A stretch of 64,000 bases of DNA from Cenococcum geophilum. Lineage: Eukaryota. The stretch spans positions 29,078,001 to 29,142,000 of the forward strand of contig CP158635.1 of NCBI GenBank assembly GCA_050273025.1. Reading direction: 5' to 3'. How positions within the stretch are numbered: position 1 is the stretch's first letter; every line of letters starts with the position of its first letter. Positions 51,672 through 64,000 of this stretch are shown in pieces. The position numbers and the translations under genes were made by a program. The notes beneath the pieces are model-generated. The model saw only the letters and a list, made by a program, of their open reading frames with translations. It made no database searches and was not told the DNA's origin.

Positions 51672-54600
51672 TCTTGAGAATCGGCCTTCTGGTGGTGTAA
51701 AGAGGCTGGTCTTCCCAGCCTCCTTAAATATTGTACTATATAGCCACTAGCCCTTTCCCCAGATAGATGAATCAAGCAATCGAAGTATTATAATTCAATA
51801 GGTTATGAGCCCGGGTTATACAAATTGAATCAGCTAAGTCCTACTACACCTTATATTCAACTACATAACCCACTAAAAGAATATATTCTAGAGAAAACTC
51901 TACAGCCTTATAGCTGTTTTTTGCTGTATATCTCTGTAATATATACGAACTAATTAAAATAAAAAGGTACAGAAAAAGGAGTCTAGGAAGACTCTTCGTA
52001 AAGGTGGCTAAGCGCCAAAATACTAAAAACCTAACCTTCCAAATTCTTTCTAAACGCTAAACCCCTATACTAGTCTTTCTATTTTATAAGACAACCGTAT
52101 ATCTAAATTTAAAATAGGTATATGCTCTGTTAAAGCCTACTATAACGGTAAAGAAATTAACACCTTAATAATTATATAGAAGGCCTAGAAAACCGATTCT
52201 ATACTAACTAAGGCCTTAACCTCTATAACTAGCACGGTTTTACCGCTTCCTTAATATCTTCCTCTACCCTTACATATTTAAAGACCTTAAGGAAAATAAT
52301 ACCGGTAATATCTTTATAGAGGACTTTAAAGACTACAACTTCGACCCTAGCACTATACCTAACTACTTTAGTAATTTAGATAGCTCCTTAGCCTCTAATA
52401 GCACCCTCTCTATAGCTAGCTTAACTAAACTCTTTAGTCTTAAAGTCCGAACCCCTCCTTAACTCCTTTATAATACCTTAGTTATACCTATCCTATTAAA
52501 TACTTTAGAGACCTCTAAAACTAAAATTAATAAAGAACGCTCTCTAGTATCTAAAACTATATACAAATCTATTAAATTTAAAGGAGTAGGGACACTAGAA
52601 CCTTAAAGCTTTACTACCATTAAAGACTCTAAACTTAATACTATAAATGTCTTACCTTTACCTATCTCCCCCAAACGTCCTAAATATCCTAGGCCCTAAT
52701 AATTAAACCCATCCCTAATAAGCCTAAGAACTCTTTATTAGTCTTACTAAAGACACCTATAATTAAGGCGAAAATAAGCTTTATAACTAAAAGGGGGACT
52801 AGAGGACTAGATAAGATAAGGAAATTGGAATCTACTATAGGATAGATAGAATTTAATAAGTAGATGCGCCTCTACTTATTAATAAATGGATATAGAGATC
52901 TATTTAAACGGAATTCTAAAAGACTAGAATAAGGGACCCTATTAGAGGCAACTAATAAAACTAAGTTAGATATCTAGCTTAATAAATAAGAACGAGTATA
53001 TAGCATTATCTAAAGCAGACTCGGCTATAACGCCACGAGGAAGGTTAAAGAAATTAAAAAAGTAGATAAGATCCTTACTAAGCTATAAAAACGGTTCCGT
53101 TTAATAGGAAGTGCAGTCTACTAATACCTTAAGAGACATTATTAGGAGGTTACCCTAGATACCTATAAAGGGGTAATAAACCACGCGGAAAAGCTATAAG
53201 AAGCACAAATAGAGATTATAGAGCTTAACCCTAACTATACGATTAGCGAAATCTCCCTAGTTAGTAAATTCCTAATAGGACTTAGCCTAGACTACGACAT
53301 ATTCCTAACCTTATTTTACTAAAAATACTCCCTCCTACTAGAATAAGACGAGAAGAATAAGATTATAAAAGCAGCTGTAGCGTTTAATAAAGCTATATAA
53401 GTAGTAGAAAGGGAAGAATAGAATATAAAGGGATGGGAAGATAATAAGACTGCCTTACTAGCAATCTCCTAAAATACCTAAAAAATAAAGGGTTGCAAGC
53501 ACTACTATAAACTTTACTATATAAAGGACGAATATTGGAAACTATACCTAGACCTTAGAAGAAAGTACTGTAAGGAAAAGTATAAGGAAAGAAAGAGGAA
53601 ATAAAGTAACTCCTATAGTAAGGAAAATAAAAAACCTAAGGGTAATAAATTAATAGAAGAAAACGAAATTAAACCAATAATAGAACTAAGCTACTCTGTA
53701 TTAGATAGCATAGAAGCTATTTACCTTATAGTAGCCGATATAGATATAAACCTTATAATGACTTTCTTCCTTAACTCTGGCTGCTCCTACTACTCTAGCT
53801 GCTAAAAAGAAAACTTTATGGAACTATAAAGCTATACCGGCAGACTACTTAGGGGCTTTATAGGAGCGCGGGTAATATTAAAAGCAATTAGCACTATAAA
53901 ACTGTCCTGCCTTATTAATAACAAAAATATAGACCTATACCTATATAACACTCTCTATATTTTAAAAGGGGGTATTAATCTAATTTTTATATTAAAGCTA
54001 TAGGTAAAAGGAGTAAAAATAGGATTTAATAATAACGATATAACTATTACCGTAAAAGGAATAAAATTTAAAGTATCCTTACTTTATGGCCTATATGCTT
54101 TTAATATCTAATAATTAGAACTACCCCTAGGACTAACTGCCTACATAGTTACTACTATATGGCATAAAATTTAGTATAAAAGAATGGGTTACCTAGGGGA
54201 GCAAAATCTATAAAGGCTTAAATTAATGTTAACCGGAATAGACCTACCCCTAGATAACTGCGTATACGTTTTATATGTTTAAGAATAAATAAAAGAGAAG
54301 CTATATAAAAAGAAGTTTAAACTAGGAACCTACCCACTTAAATTTATCTATACTAATATTACTAGTCCCTTTCCTATTAGAGGCTATAACTAAAGCCAAT
54401 ACTAGGTTACGTTTCTTAACAACTATATATAGATAGCTAAAGCTTACCCTATTACTAAGAAAAGCGAGTTCTTCCGTTGCTTTTAACGCTTTATAGAAAA
54501 ATACTCCTAACCTAAACGCCGTTATTAACGTATTAGACTTAACTAGGGAGGAGAAAATTGCTTAGATAAATTCTGTATTTTCTGCGCAGATAGAGAAATT

Positions 54601-56981
54601 AATATTAAAGTTATAGCTATAGAGCAGCACTAATAGAATAGAGCTGCTAAACGCTTAAACAGAATTCTTATAGACAAACTTTACCCTACGCTACTAAACG
54701 TAAACCTATATAAGAGATAGTGGCCGGAAATTCTTATCTCTATTATAAAAATCCGTAACCGCAGCCCTAGCGCTTATATTGGTAAAACACCTTACAAAGC
54801 CTAGTATAGTAAAAAGCCAGACTTATCCTTTATCTAAGTACTAGGAAGTAACTGCCTAGTACTAAAACCTAAAAAAAAATAGCAAAAACTTGTTAATATA
54901 AAAATAATGCTGTATAAACTCCTTAGCTTTAAAAAAAGTCAGAACTATAATGTCTTAACGGAAAATAGCATAATTACTTACTCCGTAAATGTTATATTTA
55001 TAGAAAAAAGACCTTATCTAGGCGCCTTAAGTACTAAAGGGGAGATACAAAAATAGTTAAATAAGCGACTAGCTAAAGACCCTATAGGTCCTAGCAGGGC
55101 TCCTAAACGACTAAGAGTGCCTTATATAGAAGATTTATACCCTACTAATAGGGAAGATGAAAACCTAGTAGATAATAAATTACTAGCTTGGCTATAGAAC
55201 CTCGAATCTTTTAAAACCTTTAAAGGGGAAAACACTAGCGAGACACTACCCGAAAGGGAGGGCGGCGTAAGCCCCTTAACTACTACTAGCAGCAGAACGC
55301 TAGAAAGAAATAATAAAATAAACCTATAAAATACGGGTAAATTATTAAACTAAACTAACACTAACCCTAATAGTAGGGAACTACCGTCCGAAATAGAGAA
55401 CGTATACTTAGTACCCGGCAAGACACTTTAAAGCCACCCTAAGCTATAACGTATTAGCCACCCCAACGAGCCAGCTACCCAAGCGAGCCACCCAAAATTA
55501 CACCAAAATCGGCTCTCTTTATATATTAATAACTCCACCACTACTTAATAAATAATTATAAAATTTTAAAAATGAATACTTATATATCTATAATAAACCT
55601 TTTAAATATAATTATTATTATTTCTCTTAAAGTTATACTTTTGCTATTAAAAAATTAAAAAATTAAAAAATTAATAGATATTTTAAACAAAAAGTTAAAT
55701 AATTAAGTTTTAAATATTAAAAACTTATAACCCATTAACTTAAATACTTAAATACTTAAATTTATTATTATTTATTAAGTGGTGGTGGAGTTATTAATAT
55801 ATAAAGACAGCCGATTTTAGTGTAATTTTGGGTGGCTCGCTTGGGTGGCTGGCTCGTTAGGGTGGCTAATACGTTAAATATTAATAAGAGCAACTAAAGG
55901 CTAATACTTAGAGGATTTGATAAGAAGGTATATGTTTATAGTAGCGCTCCTAGGAGCGGCAAAAGCTATAACGGAATCTTTTAAACCAAAAACGCTGCTA
56001 TAAGCTAGGGCTGACATCTCTTAGAAATAATGGCTTATAGCCATAAAGGACGAACACAAATCCCTACTTAATAATATTACGTGGATCCTAATTAACCCCC
56101 CTTTAAATAGATGGGTCTTACAAGGGAAATAGGTTTATAAACTTAAAAGAGGACTAAATAGTAAAATACTACAATATAAAGCCCGCTAGGTTGTACGCAG
56201 ATTTAAATAATTAGAAGGCGTCAACTATAATAAAATATTTATATTAGTAGTTAAACCAATAAGCTATAAGATAATCTTCGCTATTACTATAGCCCTTAAC
56301 CTTGAAATTGAATAAATAGACGTTAAGACAGCCTTCTTATATGGAGTAATTAACGAAGAAATATACGTTAAGTAACTAATAGGTCTAAAAGACGGGATAA
56401 AAAGAGTTTATTAACTAAATAAGGCACCCTATGGACTTAAACAATCGCTATAAATCTGGTATTGTACCCTTACTCTCTTCCTAAAAAACCTAGGATTCTT
56501 ACCTCTTTTATCCGACCTTAGTGTATTCGCAAAAGGTTATATTTACCTAGCAGTCTACGTAAACAACCTACTAATAGTAGGCCCCGATAAAAACGAAATA
56601 TAAAAGATTAAAGACTCCCTTAGTAAATATTTCCAGATAACTAACCTAGGGCCTTATACCTACTACTTAGGAATATTAGTACGCAAAAACCGACTAACCT
56701 ACTCCCTTTGGCTTTACTAAAAAGGGTACATTAAAAAAGTACTACGGGAATTTAATATGTAGGATTGTAAACCAGTTATAACCCCTATAGATACTAATAA
56801 ACTAAAACCCTCTAAGGAAGGCTTTATAGCTATAAAAATTGACCGGAACTGGTACGCTAGGGCAATTGGATTATTAATGTACGCTATACTAGGGACTAGA
56901 CCAGACATTGCATACGCGGTATTAGTCTATAGCCGTTATATAACCAACCTAGGAGAACCCTATATTAAAGCCGTAAAACGC
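51672..56981 (+). mobile_element. RIP-inactivated Ty1/Copia element, interrupted by a MITE and by Gypsy V
   Basis: LTR end ...TTCAATA (51800) followed by PBS-like GGTTATGAGCCC. Zinc knuckle ~CKHCHK..H..DECW (~53494), protease ~FFLDSGCS (~53764), integrase ~54330-54800, RT ~MDVKTAFLYG (~56317) and VYVDDLL-like (~56553). LTR start approximate. Confidence 0.88.
55449..55874. mobile_element. Tc1/mariner-pogo (Fot1-like) MITE
   Basis: TIR ACGTATTAGCCACCC... and ...GGGTGGCTAATACGT with ~105 bp of inverted similarity; TA target duplication (55447-55448, 55875-55876); AT-rich non-coding core. Confidence 0.9.
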
Positions 56982-59905
56982 TATAAGAGCTTTATTAGTA
57001 TTGGTTTGGACCTAATATTAGTATTAAGTATTTAAGGATCTTTACCCTAACTATACATTATCGTCCTACCCCTATTTTTATATCTACTTATATCCCTACT
57101 AAGGAGTCTAGATCCCATTCTCGTTAGCCATTACTTAGTAGCCTAATAGATACTAATCCTGCTCCTAAGGATAAGGTATAGTAGCTTTTTAAATTAGGCA
57201 TTTAGGATTTATTCTTATACATAGTAGTAATTAAGGTGCTTAAAAAGGCCTTAAAAGGCTTTTAGGAAGGGCCTAGGAGTCCTAAAAATAATATTCCTAG
57301 TATAGATTAATTAATAGGAATGCAGTTCTAGCAAAATGTCCTATTAATTCTATACTATATACGTAAAAAGACTAAGGACCTATCCTGCCTTAGGCTATAG
57401 CCCTATCCCTATAGTTTCTAAAGCCTATCCGTTCTATATCCGATTTAACCTATTTCTTACTCTTTAGAGCCTCTTTACGGCCTACTACAAGCTTTCTTTA
57501 TAGGTTACAATAATACCGTAGTATTAGAGCGCTTTTTGCGATTTCCAGATTATAGACCTTAGTCCCAATATTCTTTTAGAATATCTTTATAATAATTAAG
57601 GTAATCCTCTAGTTCCTATATAAAGTCCTTAACGGGCCAGCCTAGCTATTTAACTTTATATTAAAGCTTAGTCTTAATAGACTTATAGCGTAGTATAGCT
57701 TTAACTTTATACCGCTCGCCTACTACCTTAGGGTATTTAATTAGGCCTAGACGGAAGTTCTTTTCTAGTAGTAGTCTATATTATAGCTCTAGTAGGTTTA
57801 CGTAAAATACTAAATATATATAGGCTATAAATAGGGGTAGCTAAAGATGGTAGGCTAGCTTACTAATTTATTCCTTAACTTAAAAGGAACCTAGGTATCT
57901 TATATTAAGCTTCTTTAATAGTTAATAGGTTTTAATATTTATTACACATAATAGAACCTCGTCGCCTACTCTAAAATACTTATCCTAGTATTTACGGTTA
58001 TATTAAAGTCTCTACTACTCCTAGGCATCTTATAGGCTCTGCTTTATATACTTCTATTACTCCTTTTATTTCTAGAGGTATCCTTATACTCTCCGGTAGA
58101 TGTTTTTAAACCTTTTAGTCAGATCCTATAACTAATTATATGGCCTTAGCTAGTAATTGTTAAGTATACTATTAAACCTAAATAGTTAGACGCTATAGAA
58201 AATCTGGATTAGTGTATACTTATATAATATATATTGCTTTAAATTATAAGCGTACTCTATATACAAAAGTAGCTTATACTAATTACCTTATTAGTAGTTT
58301 AAATACATTTATAAGTAAGACTCTAGTTCCTAGATCTAGCGTTTTGTTTACCTATCTATTTATAGATAGAAAGCTATACTATAACGGTAGTCTATCTTTA
58401 AATAGAAGTATAGGTCCGACTAGTACTAGCTTATAAAGACGCTGCCCCTATCCGTAATAATAGAGTGCGGCTAATCTACTTTAAGAAAGCATTTCTCCTT
58501 AATTAGGTTAGTAAGCACTTATAAATTAATTATCTTATTAACAGGAAGGTATTAGACGTACTTTAAAAACCTATTAATAAGTACAAGGACCAAGTTGTAT
58601 ATTTATCCTTAGCTCTCTTTAGATAGCGGGAGATCCGTAATAAAGTCTATAGCGTAATATTACTATAGCTTACTAGCGAGGGGAACTAATTTAAGTAGAC
58701 CCTATAGCTTATACCTATAGATCTTATATACTTAACACTTCTTACAGTAGCTAATATACTCCTTTACTTTCTAATTAAGCTTTAGCCAATAGTATTTACG
58801 CTAAAGTAATTTTACTATTTTAGCTTAACTATAGTAGCCGCTTAGGGGATTATTATAATTCTTTATAAGAATCTTCTACCGTAAATTTACTTCTTATAGC
58901 ACCTAAATCTTATTAGATCTATATAGTAGGCCTATTTAGTCTAGTTCCTAATAGTAGCACTTAATAGCTTCCTTTCCGTTATATTTCTGGTCTACTTCCC
59001 TATTATAAATAGTATAGAAAGCGTCCCTCTATTATACCTTATAGATAAAATCTATTAACCTTTTAGATAGTTTCTGGGTAAAAGCTATTTTATCCTATAC
59101 TATTCTAAGTATAAAACTAGATAGTACTATAGATCTTATAATCTCTTAATATGCGTATATTAGAAAGGCCGCTATTAGGTTAAAGTTCTTTAGTTATTAT
59201 AGGGCTCTAAGTTCTAATTGCTTTATAGCTTTACTATTAGTTTAAAGGGATAGCTTAGTAATTAGAGATAGTATATTACTAAGTTCTGAGAGTATATTAG
59301 AGACGTCCTATTTAGGTATATTTAGACCCTTATTGGTAATGAACTGGGTACTAGCCGGAATATTAGTAGAAACTAATAAGGCTTATACTACCTAAGACTT
59401 AGTATATAGAGCTATAAGTACTTAAATATCCTATACCTGGGGCTTATTCTATAATATAGGAAGTAAGATATTTATTATCTATTTTCCTTCTCCCATTTTA
59501 TAGCCTTTAGTATAGTCTAGCCGTTATAACGGTCTATTGGTAGGGTTGCTTTCCCCTAGCTTATATTTAATCTTAAAATTAAATTATATACGCTCCTCTA
59601 CCTATCTAGCTTATTAAAGTATTCGCTCCTTTATAGTTATAATGTAGTATAGATTGTAATAATCTAAGAGTATATAAGTGGTATAGCTCGCGTGCTTAAG
59701 CAACTACTATAGCGTCACGCGCTATAGTAGTTGCTCGTATATAATTGCCACTATATATTAAACCGTTGCATACGGTAGCCAGTAGAGGGTAAGGAATTCT
59801 TTAACATAATGTTTAAGGTATTAAAGTATATTCTCTATATATTATTTAAGCTAGAGTAACCCGTAGCGGTTAAAGTATCTTATAAGATCTTTAAGATCGC
59901 CGCCT
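56982..59905 (-). mobile_element. 3' part of Ty3/Gypsy element V (RNaseH end, integrase, chromodomain-like region, 3' LTR ~56982-57148)
   Basis: Copia RT frame stops abruptly at 56981. Minus-strand integrase remnants (e.g. ~DFITDLPLS at ~58620-58650) and a chromodomain-like stretch at ~57580-57720. Confidence 0.75.
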
Positions 59906-62900
59906 TGTTACGGACGCTTTAAGTATAATGTTACAACTACTTAGAGAGGAGTCGGAAGAAGCTAGTTGGTTAATGTAAGCACGGTCTAGGATAGAACCGG
60001 TAGAACCATATAACGAGGAATAGTAACCGAGGTCACATAACATACTACGTATTAAATAAGAGGAACGAGAGGAACTTACGTACCTTATGTATAAGACGTA
60101 CATTATATATAAGAAGGATTTCATAGGAGTACGGTTGTGTATTTAAGGACCCTTAGTCCCTACCTAGATAGTTCCTTCCTTATAGTAATTCTCAGAATAC
60201 AATTAGAGTTAATCTGTTGAGTAACCACTCCACCAGTTATTATTACGTTATTAACTACTGTCTTTATATTTCCTACACACCTAGCCTATTGACAGAACCT
60301 ATCGTAGTTCCTACTACAAGATTCCGTTACATAATTACTACTATAGTTACGGTATTAAATATAGAGTTAAACAATATGCCACTAAAAGCAGCTACTATAA
60401 CGCCATCGACGGTGGCAACTACGTTAAGGTTAGGGGGTGACACCAGTATAGCGGACACTGACTTGCAACAACCTGTGACGGTAGGATAATTATAAGAAAT
60501 AGTTAACCAGTTAATAGAGAATAATGTAATACTTAAATAAAGGATTAACGGGATAGGCGCAGCAAAGGTTAAGTTACTATTAATTAAAAGATTCTTAGGA
60601 GAGAGATCGAAGCTTAAAGGATTCCTTACGCAAATGCATTTTAAAGTTGCGTAAGAGGGAGTAAAGCTGGTAATACCTATGGATTAAATAGCGTATGCAG
60701 GGTTATTCTTAATAGGAAGAGCACTTAAATAGTTTAAGTTTTACCTTATAGAGATATAAGTAAACGGAATAATAACTACGAACTAAGAGGTATGGTTTAT
60801 GTTTTTAAGCTAGAACGGATTTGTAGAACGACTTATATAAATATTTAGAGACCCAAAGGCAGTAACTACGGCGGAAAGAAAACTCTAAGATATTATACAG
60901 CGAACCTTAGCAATTGAGTATATAACGTAGTTTTAAACATTGGTAATATAAGTTAAGTAGAATAATAGGGCGCTTATGGCACAGTATAAATAGGGACTTA
61001 AGGCTAAAGTCTAGGACGTAATTGTTCTAATAGAAGATGTGGATACCCTAAGGGAACTAATAGATTAAGTAATAAAGATTAATAATAGGATCTACTAAAG
61101 GGAACAGACTAAGAGAGGTTAAGATAGAGTTTTATAGTCGTATAAGATGTAGAATACGTAATAACTAAAGCTAAGTTAGAAACTATGGTATGGCGCAGAG
61201 CTAATAGACCTAAGTGGTACTAAAGAAGCCTATAAGAGATAGAGTAAGAAACTATAGAAACCTAGAGGTTAAGGATCTAGTAATTACAGGACTAAGAAGC
61301 AGAGGCTAAACTAGGGATCTTAGCAGCAGAAGACGTTTAGGCGGACTCTATAGCAAAGTTAATAGTTTAGAGACGGAGCTTATATAAATTATAGAAAATA
61401 GGGTTACTTCGCGAGGGATTATAAAGATAGTTAGAGTTACTATATAATAAAGGGAACTAGACTAATAGTAGAAAATATATACGTATAGAGGGATAATAGT
61501 ATACTGTAAGAAACAAAAGAGTGTTTAATTAGAAGTTTTGCGTTTTATTATAATAATATATACTAAATTTATAAAGACGCTAAGTACGGCGTAGGCTATT
61601 GGCTATAGGAGCTAGTATTTACAGGATGTAGAGGAACTAATAAACTAGTTCGCAGATTGGACATTAAGGACGATGAATTTAATGTAGGCGAAATATTTTA
61701 TAATAATAAGGCAACGGAAGTAGCTTACTGGGAGTATATAGACCTTGGAGATGTTATATTAGAGGTAGAGGATGATTCCACTATAGAATAGGGAACATTA
61801 GTAGGGATTAAGACCCCACTAGACACGATGTCTATTGCTTTGCGAGACGTAAGAGAAGTAGAACAGCGAACTACTTTGGCACTCGATAAAGGCAAAAGGC
61901 TAAAGGCTTAAAATTCTTAAGACGAGTTAAGAGACAACTAAGATTTTTAAAGTGAGATGAGGCACACCTAAGGACCCATAACGGATGAAAACTAATAGAG
62001 TAGGGCAGCAGCTTAGTTTAAAGATATACGAATAAGCTTAGGATAAGAATTCCTAACGGTATAAGATTCTTAAGATGAGATAAGTGAGATTTAAGACTCT
62101 TAAGACGAGATAGGAACACTAAGTAAGCCTAGTTGGACTAAGGCTGGAGCTAAGCTTAAGATAGAAGTAAGCTTAGGATTAAAGAATCTGAGGGATTAAG
62201 AATTTGGAGAATGAATTAGGACACCTATAAGTAAGAGGTAAGGAGTTTCTTTATAGATTAGAGAATCTGCAACGCAAATAGCAATTAGGCTAGGAGATAG
62301 ATATATAGACTTAGAAGACTTACTAGGGGAACATAGTATTTAGCCTAAAGATTGAAAAGTTAATACTAAGATTAAGAAGTAAAGAGACTTTAAGGATCTA
62401 CTTGTAAGACGCGACATAAAAAAAACTATAGAGGAATTTAGAGTAAGAATTACCTTATAGCAAGAGTAGAAACTAGATAAGAGATCTAGTATATTAGGAT
62501 ATATAAGGGATAGAGCGCTAGTACGAAGAATTACTAATAGGTTTAGAGTAGGTATACTAAGAGCTAAGTGGCTTACTAAACTGGAATAAGAAGAGGATCT
62601 AGGGATTCCTACTAGGTTTAAAGAACGATATACTAAAGGCTATTATAACGCAGTAATAAAGAGATATTTCCTTACGGATAAGCCGTATATACTTAAGCAG
62701 CTGTACTAAAAGTAGTATAGACAACGATATAATAATAAGTGGGAAGATTTCTATATATGGTTAAACGAAAAAGTTGTCTAAGACCACCTGGTTATAGAGA
62801 AGGCTATAACTTATATTAAGGGAGCCTTAATTATAACATTAAAGGATTTAGAGGAGTAATTAGAGGACTGGAGAAGTAAGAGACGTATCTTAGTACCTAT

Positions 62901-64000
62901 AAATAAAGTCACAACGTTTAGACTAATACGAAAAAGGTTTGAACTTAAGGATAAGGATAAGCCGAGAGTTAACCTAAGACATTAAGTATATTATACACTA
63001 TTGTGGATAGTATATGTGGATAATGCGTGTAATATACATAGAGCACTAAAGGATAAAAATTGGAAGTATCTAATAAGAATGTATTAGATGACGGATGAGG
63101 CGAAGTATTAAAACGCTAAGTATATGCATAGTTAGCACCTAGTAGAAGTTTAAGAATAAGGGGACTTAATACTTTAACCAGGAAGATTTCTTACAGAAGA
63201 ATACCTAGATGGACGACAATGGTGGGAATGTCTAGAGAATACCTGTCTATGGTATATTAAAGATAAAAAACGAACTAAGTATTGGCCTAAGTTAGACTAA
63301 GTATAAATAGGATCTAGTAGCTAATAGTTGGGAAAAGTAGAGGCCTATAGGACCAGAGGGAACTAGTAGTAAAGCCTTAGACCCTTAAAGGAATTTAAGG
63401 ACAACACCTAAATTTACGAGTTAAATAGTAAGATTAATAGTTTAAGGCGCTAATAGATAGTGGAGCAATAAGGAACTATATCTCGCTAACAGCAGTTAAA
63501 AGAATGGGGTTACTATATAGGCAGAAGGAACATCTTTACCTATTAGTGATAATTTTAGGAGATTTAATAGCCTACGGAGGAGGTATTATTAATCTCAAAA
63601 TAGGACCTATTTAGCTAACCATTAAAGGAAGATAAATTGAGATGTCTTTTAATATATTACTATTAGGGAATAATAAGGCAGTATTAGAAATGCCTTAGTT
63701 ATAGGAATATAATCTAAAGATTAATTAGATTATAGGTTAGGTTAATATTAGAAATACTTAACGCCGTAAGATGTAATAATAAGCTAAGTTGGTATAGTAC
63801 TAAGTAGGAGCGACCTATAAGGAAATGGAAAAAGGGCTAAGCTATATACTAAAGAGATACTATAAGTATGGTAAGAAACTATAGTTACCTAAGAGTAAAA
63901 AGTTATTAAAGTATATAGTATGGGACTATAGAATAGAATTGGAACTAGGAATAAGTTTAAGGTTCTTTCCAATCTATAAGCTTACTAAAGAAGAAGGTAG
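59906..64000 (+). mobile_element. Gypsy family-X element (5' LTR ~59906-60331, extended gag, protease, start of RT), runs off the window
   Basis: TGTTACGGAC...CCGTTACA LTR; gag start MPLKAA at 60376; knuckle remnant at ~61380-61425; protease ~ALIDSGA.RNYIS at ~63447; ~WDHRIEL at ~63920. Confidence 0.88.

Noticed and set aside
7812..60489. Remaining short track ORFs within AT-rich blocks (e.g. 10188, 30470, 34725, 35916, 39077, 56717, 58212, 59891)
   Set aside because: Antisense or residual frames of RIP-inactivated repeats; only 42117-42323 and the end of 60217-60489 reflect real, dead pol/gag frames.

Overview
Filamentous-ascomycete (Pezizomycotina-type) genomic DNA. About 90% of the window is AT-rich, TpA-enriched, stop-riddled transposon relic, consistent with repeat-induced point mutation (RIP). 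The relics form a deep nest: three Ty1/Copia and five Ty3/Gypsy LTR copies, a Tad1-like LINE, a Plavaka-type DNA transposase, three MITE-like elements and a solo LTR. Several have recognisable LTRs/TIRs and target-site duplications (TSDs). A ~6 kb unmutated island (~45.75-51.67 kb) holds two intact, spliced, head-to-head genes plus a truncated CFEM gene remnant. One gene is an atypical HSPA12-like Hsp70/actin-fold ATPase (11 exons, 588 aa, + strand). The other is a 447-aa coiled-coil protein whose C-terminus resembles a GrpE-type beta domain (3 exons, - strand). This pair is the best candidate for an undescribed two-component system. Translations of RIP-mutated DNA are manual reconstructions (reversing C>T/G>A changes) and are inference. 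No database searches were run.
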